Assembly: GCA_030612025.1 (NCBI GenBank)
Contig: JAUWOR010000004.1
Coordinates: forward strand, 32,001-96,000
From: Dehalococcoidia bacterium
GTDB lineage: Bacteria > Chloroflexota > Dehalococcoidia > GIF9 > AB-539-J10
Length of the DNA stretch: 64,000 nt
Reading direction: 5' to 3'
Both the position numbers and the translations under genes were made by a program. Below, in pieces: positions 38,844 through 48,383 of the stretch. The notes under the pieces were generated by a model, which saw nothing but the letters and a program-made list of their open reading frames with translations, was not told where the DNA came from and made no database searches. How positions within the stretch are numbered: position 1 is the first letter of the stretch; every line of letters starts with the position of its first letter.

Positions 38844-39965
38844 TTACGATTTTTTCCGTGGTTCCCTTTTCACACACCCGCTGACTAGTATGTTATCGCC
38901 GAAGTTCTTAATATTAACCCGCTCAAGGCATAAAGCTTCAACCACACTACCAACTCCATCCCCACCTACTGCAGTCTTAGCCTCATTACCACCAATGATA
39001 ATCGGCGAAATGAAAGCTAGTACTTTATCCACTAGCCTATGGTCAAAGAGAGAGCCCAGGAGCTTGCCTCCTCCTTCTACTAAAACAGTGACTATGCCTC
39101 GTCTTCCCAGCACTTTGAATAATTCTTCCAAATCTACTAGTCCTCCCACCCCTGGTAATTCCAGCACCGCAACTCCAATTTGGGCCAGTCTTCTTTTCTT
39201 TTCCCTATCAAAAGGTTTAACTGTGGCAAGTAAAGTCTTTCCTGGTTGCTTAAAAAGCTGAGCATCCAATGGTGTTCTTCCGTTGCTATCAACAATTAGA
39301 CGCAGCGGTTGCTTTTTTGTCTCACCACCTTTGCCACAACAACCTCTAGCAGTAAGCCTGGGGTTATCAATGATGACAGTGTTCACCCCCACCATTATAG
39401 CGTCGGCAATATGACGCAAAGTATGTATATGATTCCTTGCCGCCTCATTACTTATCCACTTAGAGTGACCAGTTTTAGTAGCGATCTTGCCATCAAGACT
39501 CATAGCAAACTTAGCGATAACAAATGGCAGGCCTGTAGTAATAAACTTAATGTAAGCCTCATTTATTTCGTAAGCTTCCTCTTGGTACATGCCGACGTAA
39601 GTTTTAATGCCGGCTTCTTCTAGCTCTCTAACGCCACACCCTGAAACTAATGGGTTAGGGTCAAGCAATGCTATTTGGACTTCAGAGATGCCAGCATTAA
39701 TTATGGCTTGCGTGCAGGGTGGAGTGCGTCCATAATGACAGCAAGGCTCCAAAGTAACATACATAGTGGCCCCTTTTGCCTTATCACCGGCTTGCCGAAG
39801 TGCTATCACTTCGGCATGGTCTAAGCCAGCGGGCTGTGTATATCCCCGCCCCACAACGACCCCTTCTTTGACAACCACAGCTCCCACTGCCGGATTGGGG
39901 CTGGTATGTCCCAGAGCTAATCTAGCTAAAGATAGAGCGCGCTCTATGTATTCTGCAGATAACAT
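38844..39965 (-). CDS. ribD: Riboflavin deaminase/reductase
   Basis: HAE, LEPCCHYGRTPPC and SLDGKIA motifs. Confidence 0.96.
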   Translation of the reverse strand: MLSAEYIERALSLARLALGHTSPNPAVGAVVVKEGVVVGRGYTQPAGLDHAEVIALRQAGDKAKGATMYVTLEPCCHYGRTPPCTQAIINAGISEVQIALLDPNPLVSGCGVRELEEAGIKTYVGMYQEEAYEINEAYIKFITTGLPFVIAKFAMSLDGKIATKTGHSKWISNEAARNHIHTLRHIADAIMVGVNTVIIDNPRLTARGCCGKGGETKKQPLRLIVDSNGRTPLDAQLFKQPGKTLLATVKPFDREKKRRLAQIGVAVLELPGVGGLVDLEELFKVLGRRGIVTVLVEGGGKLLGSLFDHRLVDKVLAFISPIIIGGNEAKTAVGGDGVGSVVEALCLERVNIKNFGDNILVSGCVKREPRKKS

Positions 39966-39972
39966 TAGCTAT

Positions 39973-40548
39973 CTAGCGCTCCTTGGTAAAATCCTTATAA
40001 TATCTAGTGGCGGTGGGGCCACTTTGCCCCTGATATTTACTTCCTAAACTAGGTGAACCATAAACCCTTTCTACCGAGGAAGTCAAGCGAAGGAAAGAAA
40101 TTTGTCCAATCGGCATCTTATAATAAAGGGTTACTGGCAACTTGGCTACATTGGATAACTCCAGTGTAAGATGTCCCTGCCAGCCGGGATCAACATAGCC
40201 AGCAGTAGAATGGATTAAAAGCCCTATCCTGCCCAGGGAACTCTTGCCCTCAAGCCGAGCCACAATATCGTCAGGTAAGGTAATCGATTCCAGTGTGCTA
40301 GCTAAAACGAATTCCCCAGCATTTAGCAGAAATGGCTTAGTTTCATCGATCTCCACTGGCTCAGATAAGTCATCTATATTCTGCTTGACATCAATATAAA
40401 AGGGATGGCGCCAGGTCTTAAACACAAGAAGCTTATTATCTAAATGAATGTCAACGCTCGCTGGTTGAATACAGGTAAGGTCGAGAGGCTCAATAACTAT
40501 CCTGCCCTTAGCAATCTCTTCTTTGATTGTACGATCGCTAAGCACCAT
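39973..40548 (-). CDS. dcd: dCTP deaminase
   Basis: MVLSDR, GKSSLGRIG and AGYVDPG motifs. Confidence 0.95.
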   Translation of the reverse strand: MVLSDRTIKEEIAKGRIVIEPLDLTCIQPASVDIHLDNKLLVFKTWRHPFYIDVKQNIDDLSEPVEIDETKPFLLNAGEFVLASTLESITLPDDIVARLEGKSSLGRIGLLIHSTAGYVDPGWQGHLTLELSNVAKLPVTLYYKMPIGQISFLRLTSSVERVYGSPSLGSKYQGQSGPTATRYYKDFTKER

Positions 40549-40625
40549 GTCTTTGGCATTGTAGCATTTAGCCTCGACAAAGTGCAAAAACGGGCTTTGT
40601 GGATTATCTAGCGCCCTCGTTCTTG

Positions 40626-40720
40626 CCATTCTGAGCCTACTATGTCATTGAAAGTCCCTCGCTCCCTATCATTCTGAGCAATGTCATTCTGAACGGAGTG
40701 GAGAACCCAGGCGAAGATTC
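40626..40720. repeat. Degenerate GTCATTCTGAG-type repeats
   Basis: Three (t/c)cattctga units. Confidence 0.6.
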
Positions 40721-40796
40721 TCTTGACCTCTTCCTGCCCGCGGTACTGTTTATCATAATGCCAAGAATAAGTGAAACTGGTAAAATCAACCATGCC

Positions 40797-42371
40797 ATGA
40801 CCATTAGCATTACTGTTTATGGTGGTGCAGGGGTAATAGGCGGAAACAAAATTTTCGTCGAGGCGGACAATACCACAATATCTTTTGATTTCGGTATTAA
40901 TTATGCTCTTTGGTCTCAATACTTTGAGGAATATCTCAAACCTCGTGCTAGTAGAGGTCTAGCAGACCTATTTGAAATCGGACTTCTTCCCCCTTTGAGG
41001 GGTATCTATCGAAGCGAGCTCGAACCATCCTGTGACGATATCTGGTCAAGGCTGCACTCTGAGATAAGGGATGTTCACCTGGACGCTGTCCTCCTCTCCC
41101 ATGCCCATCTAGACCATAGTGGTCATATATCTTTTCTAAACCCTGACATCCCTATTGTGTGCAGCGCTACCACAGCTTTTCTTGCCAAAGCAATCCAGGA
41201 CTCAAGCCGAGGAGATTTTGAGAAGGAAGTGTGCTATGCCATGCCTCGTGAGGATCAAGAGCGCCTACTTGTTCCTTGTGATTGGCGAAGATATGCCTCA
41301 CTTCAAAGGCAATTCTGTTTCCCCGATGCCGCGTTGTTATCCTCACAAGCACAGACTTTTTGGCGCAAGCCAATTGGAGCCAGAAAATTGAATTGTAAAC
41401 AGCCAAAAGTTGTTACCCAGGTTGGTAATCTCGAAGTGAGGTGCTTCCCCGTTGACCACTCCATTTATGGGGCAACAGCTTTTGCCCTTGAGACAAGCCA
41501 GGGATGGGTGATTTATACGGGAGACTTACGTTTGCATGGCAAGATGGGTTACAAGACCAAGGAATTCGCTAATGAGGTGGCAAAGCTTCAGCCTATTGTG
41601 CTCCTGTGCGAAGGAACTAACATTGGCGAAGAAGGCAATGCAGTGACTGAGGAGGAGGTCCTTCAAAATGCCTTTCAAAAGATTGAGGAAGCTGAGGGTA
41701 AGTTAGTGATTGCCGACTTTGGCCCCAGAAATCTGGAGAGGCTGTTGACATTCAGGGAGATTGCCGCCAGCCATGGACGAAAACTCGCCATTCTGCCCAA
41801 AGACGCCTATCTCTTACAGTCCTTACATCTTGTAATGCCTGAAATGCCTGATCCTATTGCGGATAACACCTTGGTCGTATATGAGGAGGTTAAAAATGTT
41901 CTTAATTGGGAGAGGGAGTTGCTCAAGCGCTACGGAGATAAAGGTAAAACAGTTCAACCCGAGGATATCAGGTGTGACGAAGGAGCTTATATTCTCTGTC
42001 TCAGCTTCTGGGATATCAATGAGCTGATTGATATCAGGCTAAGTAAAGGCGGATTATATATTTACTCCTCCAGCGAGGCTTTCAACGAAGAACAGCGTAT
42101 TGACATGAGAAGGTTAAGACAATGGATTGACCATTTCGGACTTTTGCCTGCCGGAGTCCCTGATGCCCAAACAGGCAAAGTAGCTGAAGCTGAGAGAGGC
42201 CTTCATAGCTCCGGACATGCTTCGGCTCCCGAGTTGCTGGAAATTATCGAGACAATCAACCCCAGGATAGTCATTCCAATACATACTGAGGCCCCCGAGC
42301 TTTTTGCCGATAAGGTTGGTGCTCAGAGGCAAGTTGTTATACCCAAGGTAGGCGCCTCGATTAAGGTGTAA
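40797..42371 (+). CDS. MBL/beta-CASP ribonuclease J-like protein
   Basis: HAHLDH, VDHS, YTGD, HSSGH and PIHTE motifs. Confidence 0.85.
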   Translation: MTISITVYGGAGVIGGNKIFVEADNTTISFDFGINYALWSQYFEEYLKPRASRGLADLFEIGLLPPLRGIYRSELEPSCDDIWSRLHSEIRDVHLDAVLLSHAHLDHSGHISFLNPDIPIVCSATTAFLAKAIQDSSRGDFEKEVCYAMPREDQERLLVPCDWRRYASLQRQFCFPDAALLSSQAQTFWRKPIGARKLNCKQPKVVTQVGNLEVRCFPVDHSIYGATAFALETSQGWVIYTGDLRLHGKMGYKTKEFANEVAKLQPIVLLCEGTNIGEEGNAVTEEEVLQNAFQKIEEAEGKLVIADFGPRNLERLLTFREIAASHGRKLAILPKDAYLLQSLHLVMPEMPDPIADNTLVVYEEVKNVLNWERELLKRYGDKGKTVQPEDIRCDEGAYILCLSFWDINELIDIRLSKGGLYIYSSSEAFNEEQRIDMRRLRQWIDHFGLLPAGVPDAQTGKVAEAERGLHSSGHASAPELLEIIETINPRIVIPIHTEAPELFADKVGAQRQVVIPKVGASIKV

Positions 42372-42416
42372 GCTTAAACCAGATTGTTTAACTATCACTC
42401 TTGAACTTGTTTTAAA

Positions 42417-42512
42417 CTGTCCCCTGATTTTATTTCTGTCACCCTGAGCGCCAGCGAAGGGTCTCTAGCAAATTTCCTCTCCCTTGATGGGAGAGGATTA
42501 AGGTGAGGGTGT
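42417..42512. repeat. GTCACCCTGAG-type and CCCTCTCCC hairpin repeats
   Basis: tgtcaccctgagcgccagcgaagggtct; cctctcccttgatgggagaggattaaggtgagggtg. Confidence 0.75.
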
Positions 42513-42527
42513 CTCCCACCTACTAAC

Positions 42528-42833
42528 TTAACGCTCCAATTCTCTTCTTAGCGAGTCCAGCTTACCTTTCATACTCAAAGTTTTATCTCGCCGGTCATCA
42601 ATTTTAATTACGGTTATCACCCTGACCACTCCCTCAGCAAAAACCTCTTCATGCATCTTCTTTGCTATCGCCAAAATCTTATCCAGATCACCCTCTATAA
42701 TCGTCCCCATAGCGGTTATTTCGTATTTTATATCCTTCTCTTGCTGCAAGACTTTAACTGCCTTGGCTACATATTTGCTGAGTGAAGGTGTTTCTGTCCC
42801 TATGGGTATAATGCTTATCTCTGCCACTGCCAA
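42528..42833 (-). CDS. MTH1187/DUF77 thiamine-binding family protein
   Basis: AEISIIPIG, AMGTIIEG and IKIDDRRDK motifs. Confidence 0.9.
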   Translation of the reverse strand: MAVAEISIIPIGTETPSLSKYVAKAVKVLQQEKDIKYEITAMGTIIEGDLDKILAIAKKMHEEVFAEGVVRVITVIKIDDRRDKTLSMKGKLDSLRRELER

Positions 42834-43052
42834 TCTTTTCCTCCTATCTGGAAAATCTCTAGGGAGATTGGATTAATGAAACCACCTTAAGGTTCTGGAT
42901 AGCCCCACTGCCAGTGCTATCAGAATAAGAAGAATAGCTATTCCTATAGTTACAAACTTGCTGGATTTTTTTATGGGTCTTCCTTTTTCTTTTTTGTTCA
43001 ATTAATTTTAAAATAGTAGCAAAGATTCACTCCTAAGTCATTTTGGTCTATT

Positions 43053-43547
43053 ATGTCAACAAATAAAGCAGTCGTAAAGATGATAGAGGGGGAAGAGATG
43101 GTAATCAAAGAGGAAATTCCTGTTCCCTGCTTTCGCTGTGGTATCTGCTGCACCCTCTACCAGCCTCCACTTTATCCCGAAGACATAGAAAACATTGCCT
43201 TAGGATTGGGAATATCGAAATCAGAGTGTATCTGCAGGTATGCTGAGCATGTTCCAACAAAGGAAGGTTACTTGCTTAAGAGGATGGAAAAAGGTTGCAT
43301 TTTCCTTGCCTGGGATGAGGAAGGCAAAGCTTGCTGCACTATACACTCCTTCCGTCCCAAAGCTTGCCGAGAATGGATCCCCAGTCTATCCAAGCCAGAA
43401 TGCCTTGAGGGGTTGATTAAACTCAAGTCCGAAGGGCAGTTGATGTTGCTGGGCAAGCTATTCGACTCCGAGGAAGATCAGGAAACATTCTGCTCATCTT
43501 TAAAGAATGCTTTATCACAGACATCAACAAGCAGCTTGCTATGGTAA
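43053..43547 (+). CDS. YkgJ-like CxxCxxCC Zn/Fe-chelating protein
   Basis: CFRCGICC, CIFL and CTIHSFRPKAC motifs. Confidence 0.85.
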   Translation: MSTNKAVVKMIEGEEMVIKEEIPVPCFRCGICCTLYQPPLYPEDIENIALGLGISKSECICRYAEHVPTKEGYLLKRMEKGCIFLAWDEEGKACCTIHSFRPKACREWIPSLSKPECLEGLIKLKSEGQLMLLGKLFDSEEDQETFCSSLKNALSQTSTSSLLW

Positions 43548-43555
43548 TTAAGCTA

Positions 43556-44131
43556 TTAGAAAGTATTCCAATGCAAAACTGATTCTAGTTTCCTTTTTGG
43601 AACATGAAGCACACCACTTTTGTCTTTCCAATACTTCACAGAACCATCAAATGGCTCTGTAACCGGGTTTTCATCGGGATAGCCCAGGGCTAAAACCAGT
43701 AAAATTTCATAATTATCAGGAATATTCAGTATTCCCCTCAATTTATCCCTATCGGCACTGGCAATAGGACAGGAACCTATGCCCTTTTCCAGAGCTACCA
43801 GTATGATATTCTCCATTGCTCCTCCAACGTCATATACCGATGATGTCACTCCGATATCCCGGTTTTTAAGTATGGTGATATACGCCTTTGGTCTTTTGCC
43901 CTCAGGTGGGGTACCTTCTGGGCTGATGTATGCTGCCCACTTTAATGTGGAGAATACTTGAGCTAGCATTTGATCATCATCCACAATCACATATTCTAAG
44001 GGTTGGAGGTTAGCTGCTGAAGGTACTAATCTGGCTGCGTCAACGCAGCTCTCCAAGATTTTGCGGGGGATGGGTATCTCCTTAAAGCGCCTGATTGAGC
44101 GCCGCTTGATAATCACCTCATAGACACTCAT
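43556..44131 (-). CDS. Nitroreductase family protein
   Basis: RRSIRRF, PSAANLQP and LGYP motifs. Confidence 0.92.
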   Translation of the reverse strand: MSVYEVIIKRRSIRRFKEIPIPRKILESCVDAARLVPSAANLQPLEYVIVDDDQMLAQVFSTLKWAAYISPEGTPPEGKRPKAYITILKNRDIGVTSSVYDVGGAMENIILVALEKGIGSCPIASADRDKLRGILNIPDNYEILLVLALGYPDENPVTEPFDGSVKYWKDKSGVLHVPKRKLESVLHWNTF

Positions 44132-44363
44132 ATCACTCCTTTTTTCAGGTATTGTAACACTCGAAGCTAGGGCTCCTCAACCTAAATTAAAATGCAGCAT
44201 CCTCTCTATCCTGGCAAAGCTTAGCCTTGTAGCAATTCCATATTTTGTCCTGGTTTTTAGCTTAAAGAGGCTAGTTGCTTTGAGCGCCGGTTAATAATAT
44301 TTCCAGGATTGCACAATGAAACCAAGTATGGAATTTTGAGTCCCAAAGGGGGGGCCGGGACGC

Positions 44364-44432
44364 TCAGTCAAATTTGGCATGTATGCTATCGACCTTGTCT
44401 TGCAGTTCGATTGTCAGGCGAATTGCCTTAGC
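44364..44432 (-). pseudogene. 3'-terminal fragment of a Type ISP/IIG-like restriction-modification gene
   Basis: AKAIRLTIELQDKVDSIHAKFD*, paralogous to 45747-45815. Confidence 0.55.
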
Positions 44433-44498
44433 GTTTGGAATATTAAGATCAGAATGCCTCTTTAATCGGTTATCTATAATATCATGTGTGGGCATTGG

Positions 44499-44942
44499 TC
44501 ACTCCTGTAGCAGGTTTGGGTAGCTAGTGCGGAGCCATTTTACCACAGAAGCCCGGAGATTCCCTGCCAGAATTACCATCTCTTTAACCTCCTGGTCAGA
44601 TACCACCCCTGCCCGCTCATAGTCGCTGATGTTCCGTTTCTTTCGGAAACCATCAAATTGGGTAATCAGCCTGGCATCAGCCCTGATGGTATAGGCAAGC
44701 GACTGGATCACCCGATAGTGGTGGGCATCCCGTGCAGCACGGTAGCCAGCTGCGGCCAGGGCTGCAGTCGCCATCTGGAGAGCAGCGTTATAGGCGATAT
44801 TTAACTTCCAGTCCGGGCTCAACCCGGCTGTCTGGCAGTTATGTAGGTCGCGATCCGCTACGCTCAGTAGGTCTGCAATCTCCTGAGGGCTAGTCTGGTG
44901 TTCGATCAGCCAGCCGTTTTTCAACCAGTCGTGCAAGCTCAT
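44499..44942 (-). CDS. HEPN-like protein
   Basis: AYNAALQ and FRKKRNISDYE; overlaps the MNT gene. Confidence 0.75.
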   Translation of the reverse strand: MSLHDWLKNGWLIEHQTSPQEIADLLSVADRDLHNCQTAGLSPDWKLNIAYNAALQMATAALAAAGYRAARDAHHYRVIQSLAYTIRADARLITQFDGFRKKRNISDYERAGVVSDQEVKEMVILAGNLRASVVKWLRTSYPNLLQE

Positions 44943-45528
44943 GTTCATCTCCAATTAGATATATTTTACTCCCGCTCAAGACTGACTTGAGGAAATGATG
45001 TCCCTCGGTGATTTTACTTTTAAACTCGTCCGGGGGATACACTGTGGGATTGATTTCCCGCCCCAGCGTCTCCTGGGCAAGGCTAAGTCTCTCAACGACT
45101 TCAGCGAATGTCACTTCGCCCACTACTAAGATGTCCACGTCACTGGATTGGTATTCTGAGCCACGGGCTACGGAACCGTAGATTAGGGCAATCGAGATGT
45201 TGTCTACCAGTGGAGCCAGAGCAGACCGTAATATATCTCCAACCCCGGCCGTCTTGACCACGAAGCTTCTCAGCTCAGCAAAGATAGGACATTTGGGATT
45301 AGCCTGATAATAAACTTGCTTGCCTCTCACAGTCCGCCGGATAATTCCTGCAGCGGAAAGCTGTTTCAATTCCCTTTGTATAGCACCCAGGCCTGTGCCG
45401 GAGAAGCGGGCGATCTGACGCAGGTAAAAAGACTCATCGGCATGACTGTAAAGCAGGGACAGAATCGCCCGACGGGTCTTGCCAAACAGGGCTGCAGACA
45501 GATTATAGCTTTCAGTCATTGTACCCAT
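44890..45528 (-). CDS. HTH-MNT nucleotidyltransferase antitoxin
   Basis: N-terminal wHTH, YGSVARG..SDVD. Confidence 0.88.
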   Translation of the reverse strand: MGTMTESYNLSAALFGKTRRAILSLLYSHADESFYLRQIARFSGTGLGAIQRELKQLSAAGIIRRTVRGKQVYYQANPKCPIFAELRSFVVKTAGVGDILRSALAPLVDNISIALIYGSVARGSEYQSSDVDILVVGEVTFAEVVERLSLAQETLGREINPTVYPPDEFKSKITEGHHFLKSVLSGSKIYLIGDEHELARLVEKRLADRTPD

Positions 45529-45540
45529 TATGGGGACAAT
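45518..45540. promoter_or_regulatory. Inverted repeat over the HTH-MNT start; candidate autoregulatory operator
   Basis: attgtaccc-attat-ggggacaat followed by another tgtaccc half-site. Confidence 0.45.
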
Positions 45541-45746
45541 TGTACCCTTTTTAGTTACGGTATTCAAGGCTCTCTTTTGGCTGCCTCACTCTCTTTGCCT
45601 TTGGCTCCAGGCGTTTGTATCCCTCACTAATTTGCTCCAGCGCTTCGCGGTTTGCGGTGTTGCCTATAAGGAGCTTGAGCTTTAATGCTCCCTCGAGTTC
45701 TTTATGAGTAGGCTTTATAGTGGGTATGAAAGAGAGCAAAAACTAG

Positions 45747-46085
45747 CTAATCAAGCTTCGCATATTCACTATCAATCTTACCTTGCAACTCGATCGTGAG
45801 GCGGATTGCCTCGGCTGCCCTCATATAATGATTAATCTCATCCAGAGATAACTTCCGTCCCTTTCCATCCTTCAAAATGCCCTATAATGCCTCTGGCTTT
45901 TCAAGTGAAATAAGAACGCCTGCTTTACCCTGGAGCGGGAAAAGCTCAGAACACTCTTTAGCAAGCTCCTTTAAGGAGGGATAAAAGCTCTCCTCTCTAA
46001 AATTACCCGCCACATAAATCTTATGGATTTCCTTAAAGTAGCTAGTGAGAGTTCTCTCCAGTTTGCCTTTTTCTGCCTTTTTCAT
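45747..46085 (-). pseudogene. Collapsed Type ISP/IIG-like restriction-modification gene
   Basis: N-terminal REESFYPSLKEL, TAG, then in-frame LKDGKGRKLSLDEINHY...IRLTIELQGKID C-terminus. Confidence 0.6.
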
Positions 46086-46211
46086 TTGTTCCTTTTGCTT
46101 AAGGAAGCGATCATCTTGCCTAACATTCCACGATCAAAGGAAGTTGCCGAGGTAATTAAGGTGAAGGGTAGCAAGCTGCAAGTATGCTCTAACACAAAAT
46201 TAGGCCTAAGA

Positions 46212-47015
46212 CTATGAAGATTCATCAGGGATTAGATTCTTCTTTGCATTTATTTGCTTTTCCCATTGTGCAAACCGAAGTTTTACTGCTTGGATATTAT
46301 CTTTATCAAGCGGATTCATATGACAAACAACACATCGGGATTTATAAACTTCGTCGACGAACTGCGTGAACCACTCCAAGGACGAAATGATATCTGGCAC
46401 AACTTCTCTTTCTATCTTTCTCATAAGAGCCGATAATTGATTTAAATCGAGATAATCAATAGGACGAGCACCTCTTCTTTGATGCCAGGAGTTTCTTTTT
46501 TCATCAGCCATTCGCTTACTTACAGCATCCCTGAGCGGTTTAGGCGCTTCAGAATCCCACCAGTTGTTACCATATCGGGAAGTCATAACACGGTCAATAA
46601 CCTGCCGAATTGAATTTTCTAGAATATATAGGAGAGGATATATCTCTGCCATCTCCTTTGCTTCTGAAATCTTTTTTTGCGGAAGGATAGGGTCGGCAAC
46701 CTTGAATTCCTGACCACCTATTATAATAACCCCTTGCTTTCTTCTTAATTCCTCTTTTCTTTGTCGGGTTGCTTTGCTTACAGAAGGCAAAGTTTGAACT
46801 GGAGGAGAAATCTGTTGCAGAAGGACTCTGACATGATTGATGATCTCTTTATCAAGATATTTGTCGATGATGATGCCTTCTTGCTGAGCAATTACATAAG
46901 TAGCATCTTCCGTAGTCATTGCATATCGTCTTTTTAATTTTTTGACTCGCTGAGAAACAGCTTGGGGAGTGACCCCCAATTTTTCGAGCAGCGCCTTACG
47001 AAGTTGCCTGTTCGT
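46212..47015 (-). CDS. Swt1-like HEPN domain protein with N-terminal HTH-like region
   Basis: YPLLYILENSIR, NWWD and SRCVVCHMNP (RxxxxH); start probably MTNRQ. Confidence 0.8.
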   Translation of the reverse strand, partial: TNRQLRKALLEKLGVTPQAVSQRVKKLKRRYAMTTEDATYVIAQQEGIIIDKYLDKEIINHVRVLLQQISPPVQTLPSVSKATRQRKEELRRKQGVIIIGGQEFKVADPILPQKKISEAKEMAEIYPLLYILENSIRQVIDRVMTSRYGNNWWDSEAPKPLRDAVSKRMADEKRNSWHQRRGARPIDYLDLNQLSALMRKIEREVVPDIISSLEWFTQFVDEVYKSRCVVCHMNPLDKDNIQAVKLRFAQWEKQINAKKNLIPDESS

Positions 47016-47274
47016 CATTGGATTTGCCTTCTTCAAAAAGTCCTTCTGCCTTGCCTTTTCCACCCCTAGCTTTCTTTCTAATGTCAGACAAGGTGACGCT
47101 GACTGTGTTTGCAGTGGTTCCTAGTAGCTTGGCGATTTCTTTTGGTTGAAAACCAACGCTGGAAAGGACTGCAATTCTATCCCTCTGGATTTGATCCCTC
47201 GTAGCAGTTAATGCTAGGAGCTTAGTAATGCGCTGGAGTTCTTGCAGGATTTCCTCTTCTTTGGAATCATTCAT
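46996..47274 (-). CDS. Small HTH protein
   Basis: GFQPKEIAKLLGTTANTVSVTL. Confidence 0.8.
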   Translation of the reverse strand: MNDSKEEEILQELQRITKLLALTATRDQIQRDRIAVLSSVGFQPKEIAKLLGTTANTVSVTLSDIRKKARGGKGKAEGLFEEGKSNDEQATS

Positions 47275-47522
47275 TCCGCTCCCGCCTCCTCTGTAGCTTT
47301 TTCACCCTGCGATTTGCTTTTCTTTCTAGCTTCCGACAGCCGAACACTAACTGTGCCTGGAGTTGTCCCAACTATTTCAGCAATTAGGTTTGTATCTAGG
47401 CCTAAAGCACCAAGGGTTAAAATAGCCTCGGTTTTTCCCTTTCCCTCAATAGCCTTATTTCCAAGCAGCCGAATTATAATATCAAGTTTTGTGTCGATTC
47501 TTTCAAGAATTTCTTCCGTCAT
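47271..47522 (-). CDS. Small HTH protein (paralog of 46996-47274)
   Basis: GLDTNLIAEIVGTTPGTVSVRL; AAGGAG RBS. Confidence 0.8.
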   Translation of the reverse strand: MTEEILERIDTKLDIIIRLLGNKAIEGKGKTEAILTLGALGLDTNLIAEIVGTTPGTVSVRLSEARKKSKSQGEKATEEAGAE

Positions 47523-47596
47523 TGGTCCACTCCTTTTATCATCGGCAAAATCATCATCTCATCGGCAAAGTCATCATCTTTTTCCTTCAGATTACC

Positions 47597-48016
47597 TTAT
47601 TTTTGACTAACTTGATCGGTCTTTCGTCTTTTGGAGCGTTCCTTCTTGCCAGCAGCAACTTCAATCCCAAACTCACCAAGCGACACAATTTTGCACCGGC
47701 GGCCTCGCACCTCTTTAGATTCTTCCACTATCCCTTCCCTTTGCCACTTGTCCCACCAGTTAGATACGGTATCTTTACTCACTCCAGTAATGGATTCAAT
47801 CTGTCTTGTACCATTGTTACCCTCTGTGGCTTCAAAGACGCGCTTTTTGTCCTCAGAATCCAGAATCGTTATTAGCCGATTTCTTATATTCTCATAATTA
47901 GCTAGCTTGGTGTAGATAATGAACTTATGTAACAAGGGTATGAAATCATCACCCTCCAGTTTCTGTCCGGATTGCTCTTGGCTAGCGGCGAGTCTTTCCC
48001 GCTTGCTTTCATTCAT
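47597..48016 (-). CDS. Small wHTH protein
   Basis: GTRQIESITGVSKDTVSNWWDKWQREGIV; start MNESK behind AAGGAGG. Confidence 0.75.
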   Translation of the reverse strand: MNESKRERLAASQEQSGQKLEGDDFIPLLHKFIIYTKLANYENIRNRLITILDSEDKKRVFEATEGNNGTRQIESITGVSKDTVSNWWDKWQREGIVEESKEVRGRRCKIVSLGEFGIEVAAGKKERSKRRKTDQVSQK

Positions 48017-48059
48017 AGTAATGCCTCCTTTACCCATAGCAGATGCCTTTTTGAAGTTT

Positions 48060-48383
48060 TTATACTTCCCATCTTTTTCGGTAAACCCTTTTCCCTTCTT
48101 TATCTTGCACTGATACGAGTCCTGCGCCCACTAGTGCCTTCAGGTGAAGAGAGACATTCGGTTGGCTGGTTTTTAGCAACTTTGTGATTTCCCCAACACT
48201 TCTTCTTCCGTCCAACAGTTCGTAGATTTGTCTTTTAGTCGAATCCTTATTACCTAATGATTGCTCGGCTCTTTCGCGTGCTAGCCGAAGCTGATCTTGA
48301 TATACAAGCTCAAATTCGTCTAACAGACGTTGGAGAAGATCCCTTATTTCTGATAAAGTTTGTTCTTGACTATCCATAAGCAA
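48060..48383 (-). CDS. ArsR-like wHTH protein
   Basis: SVGEITKLLKTSQPNVSLHLKALVGAGLV. Confidence 0.8.
   Translation of the reverse strand: MLMDSQEQTLSEIRDLLQRLLDEFELVYQDQLRLARERAEQSLGNKDSTKRQIYELLDGRRSVGEITKLLKTSQPNVSLHLKALVGAGLVSVQDKEGKRVYRKRWEV

Noticed and set aside
39966-40700. FMN riboswitch ahead of the rib genes
   Set aside because: ribD follows dcd by a few bases and no RFN consensus is visible upstream of dcd
45882-45884. TAG readthrough (pyrrolysine) in the RM remnant
   Set aside because: The product would still lack nearly the whole enzyme; pseudogene decay is simpler
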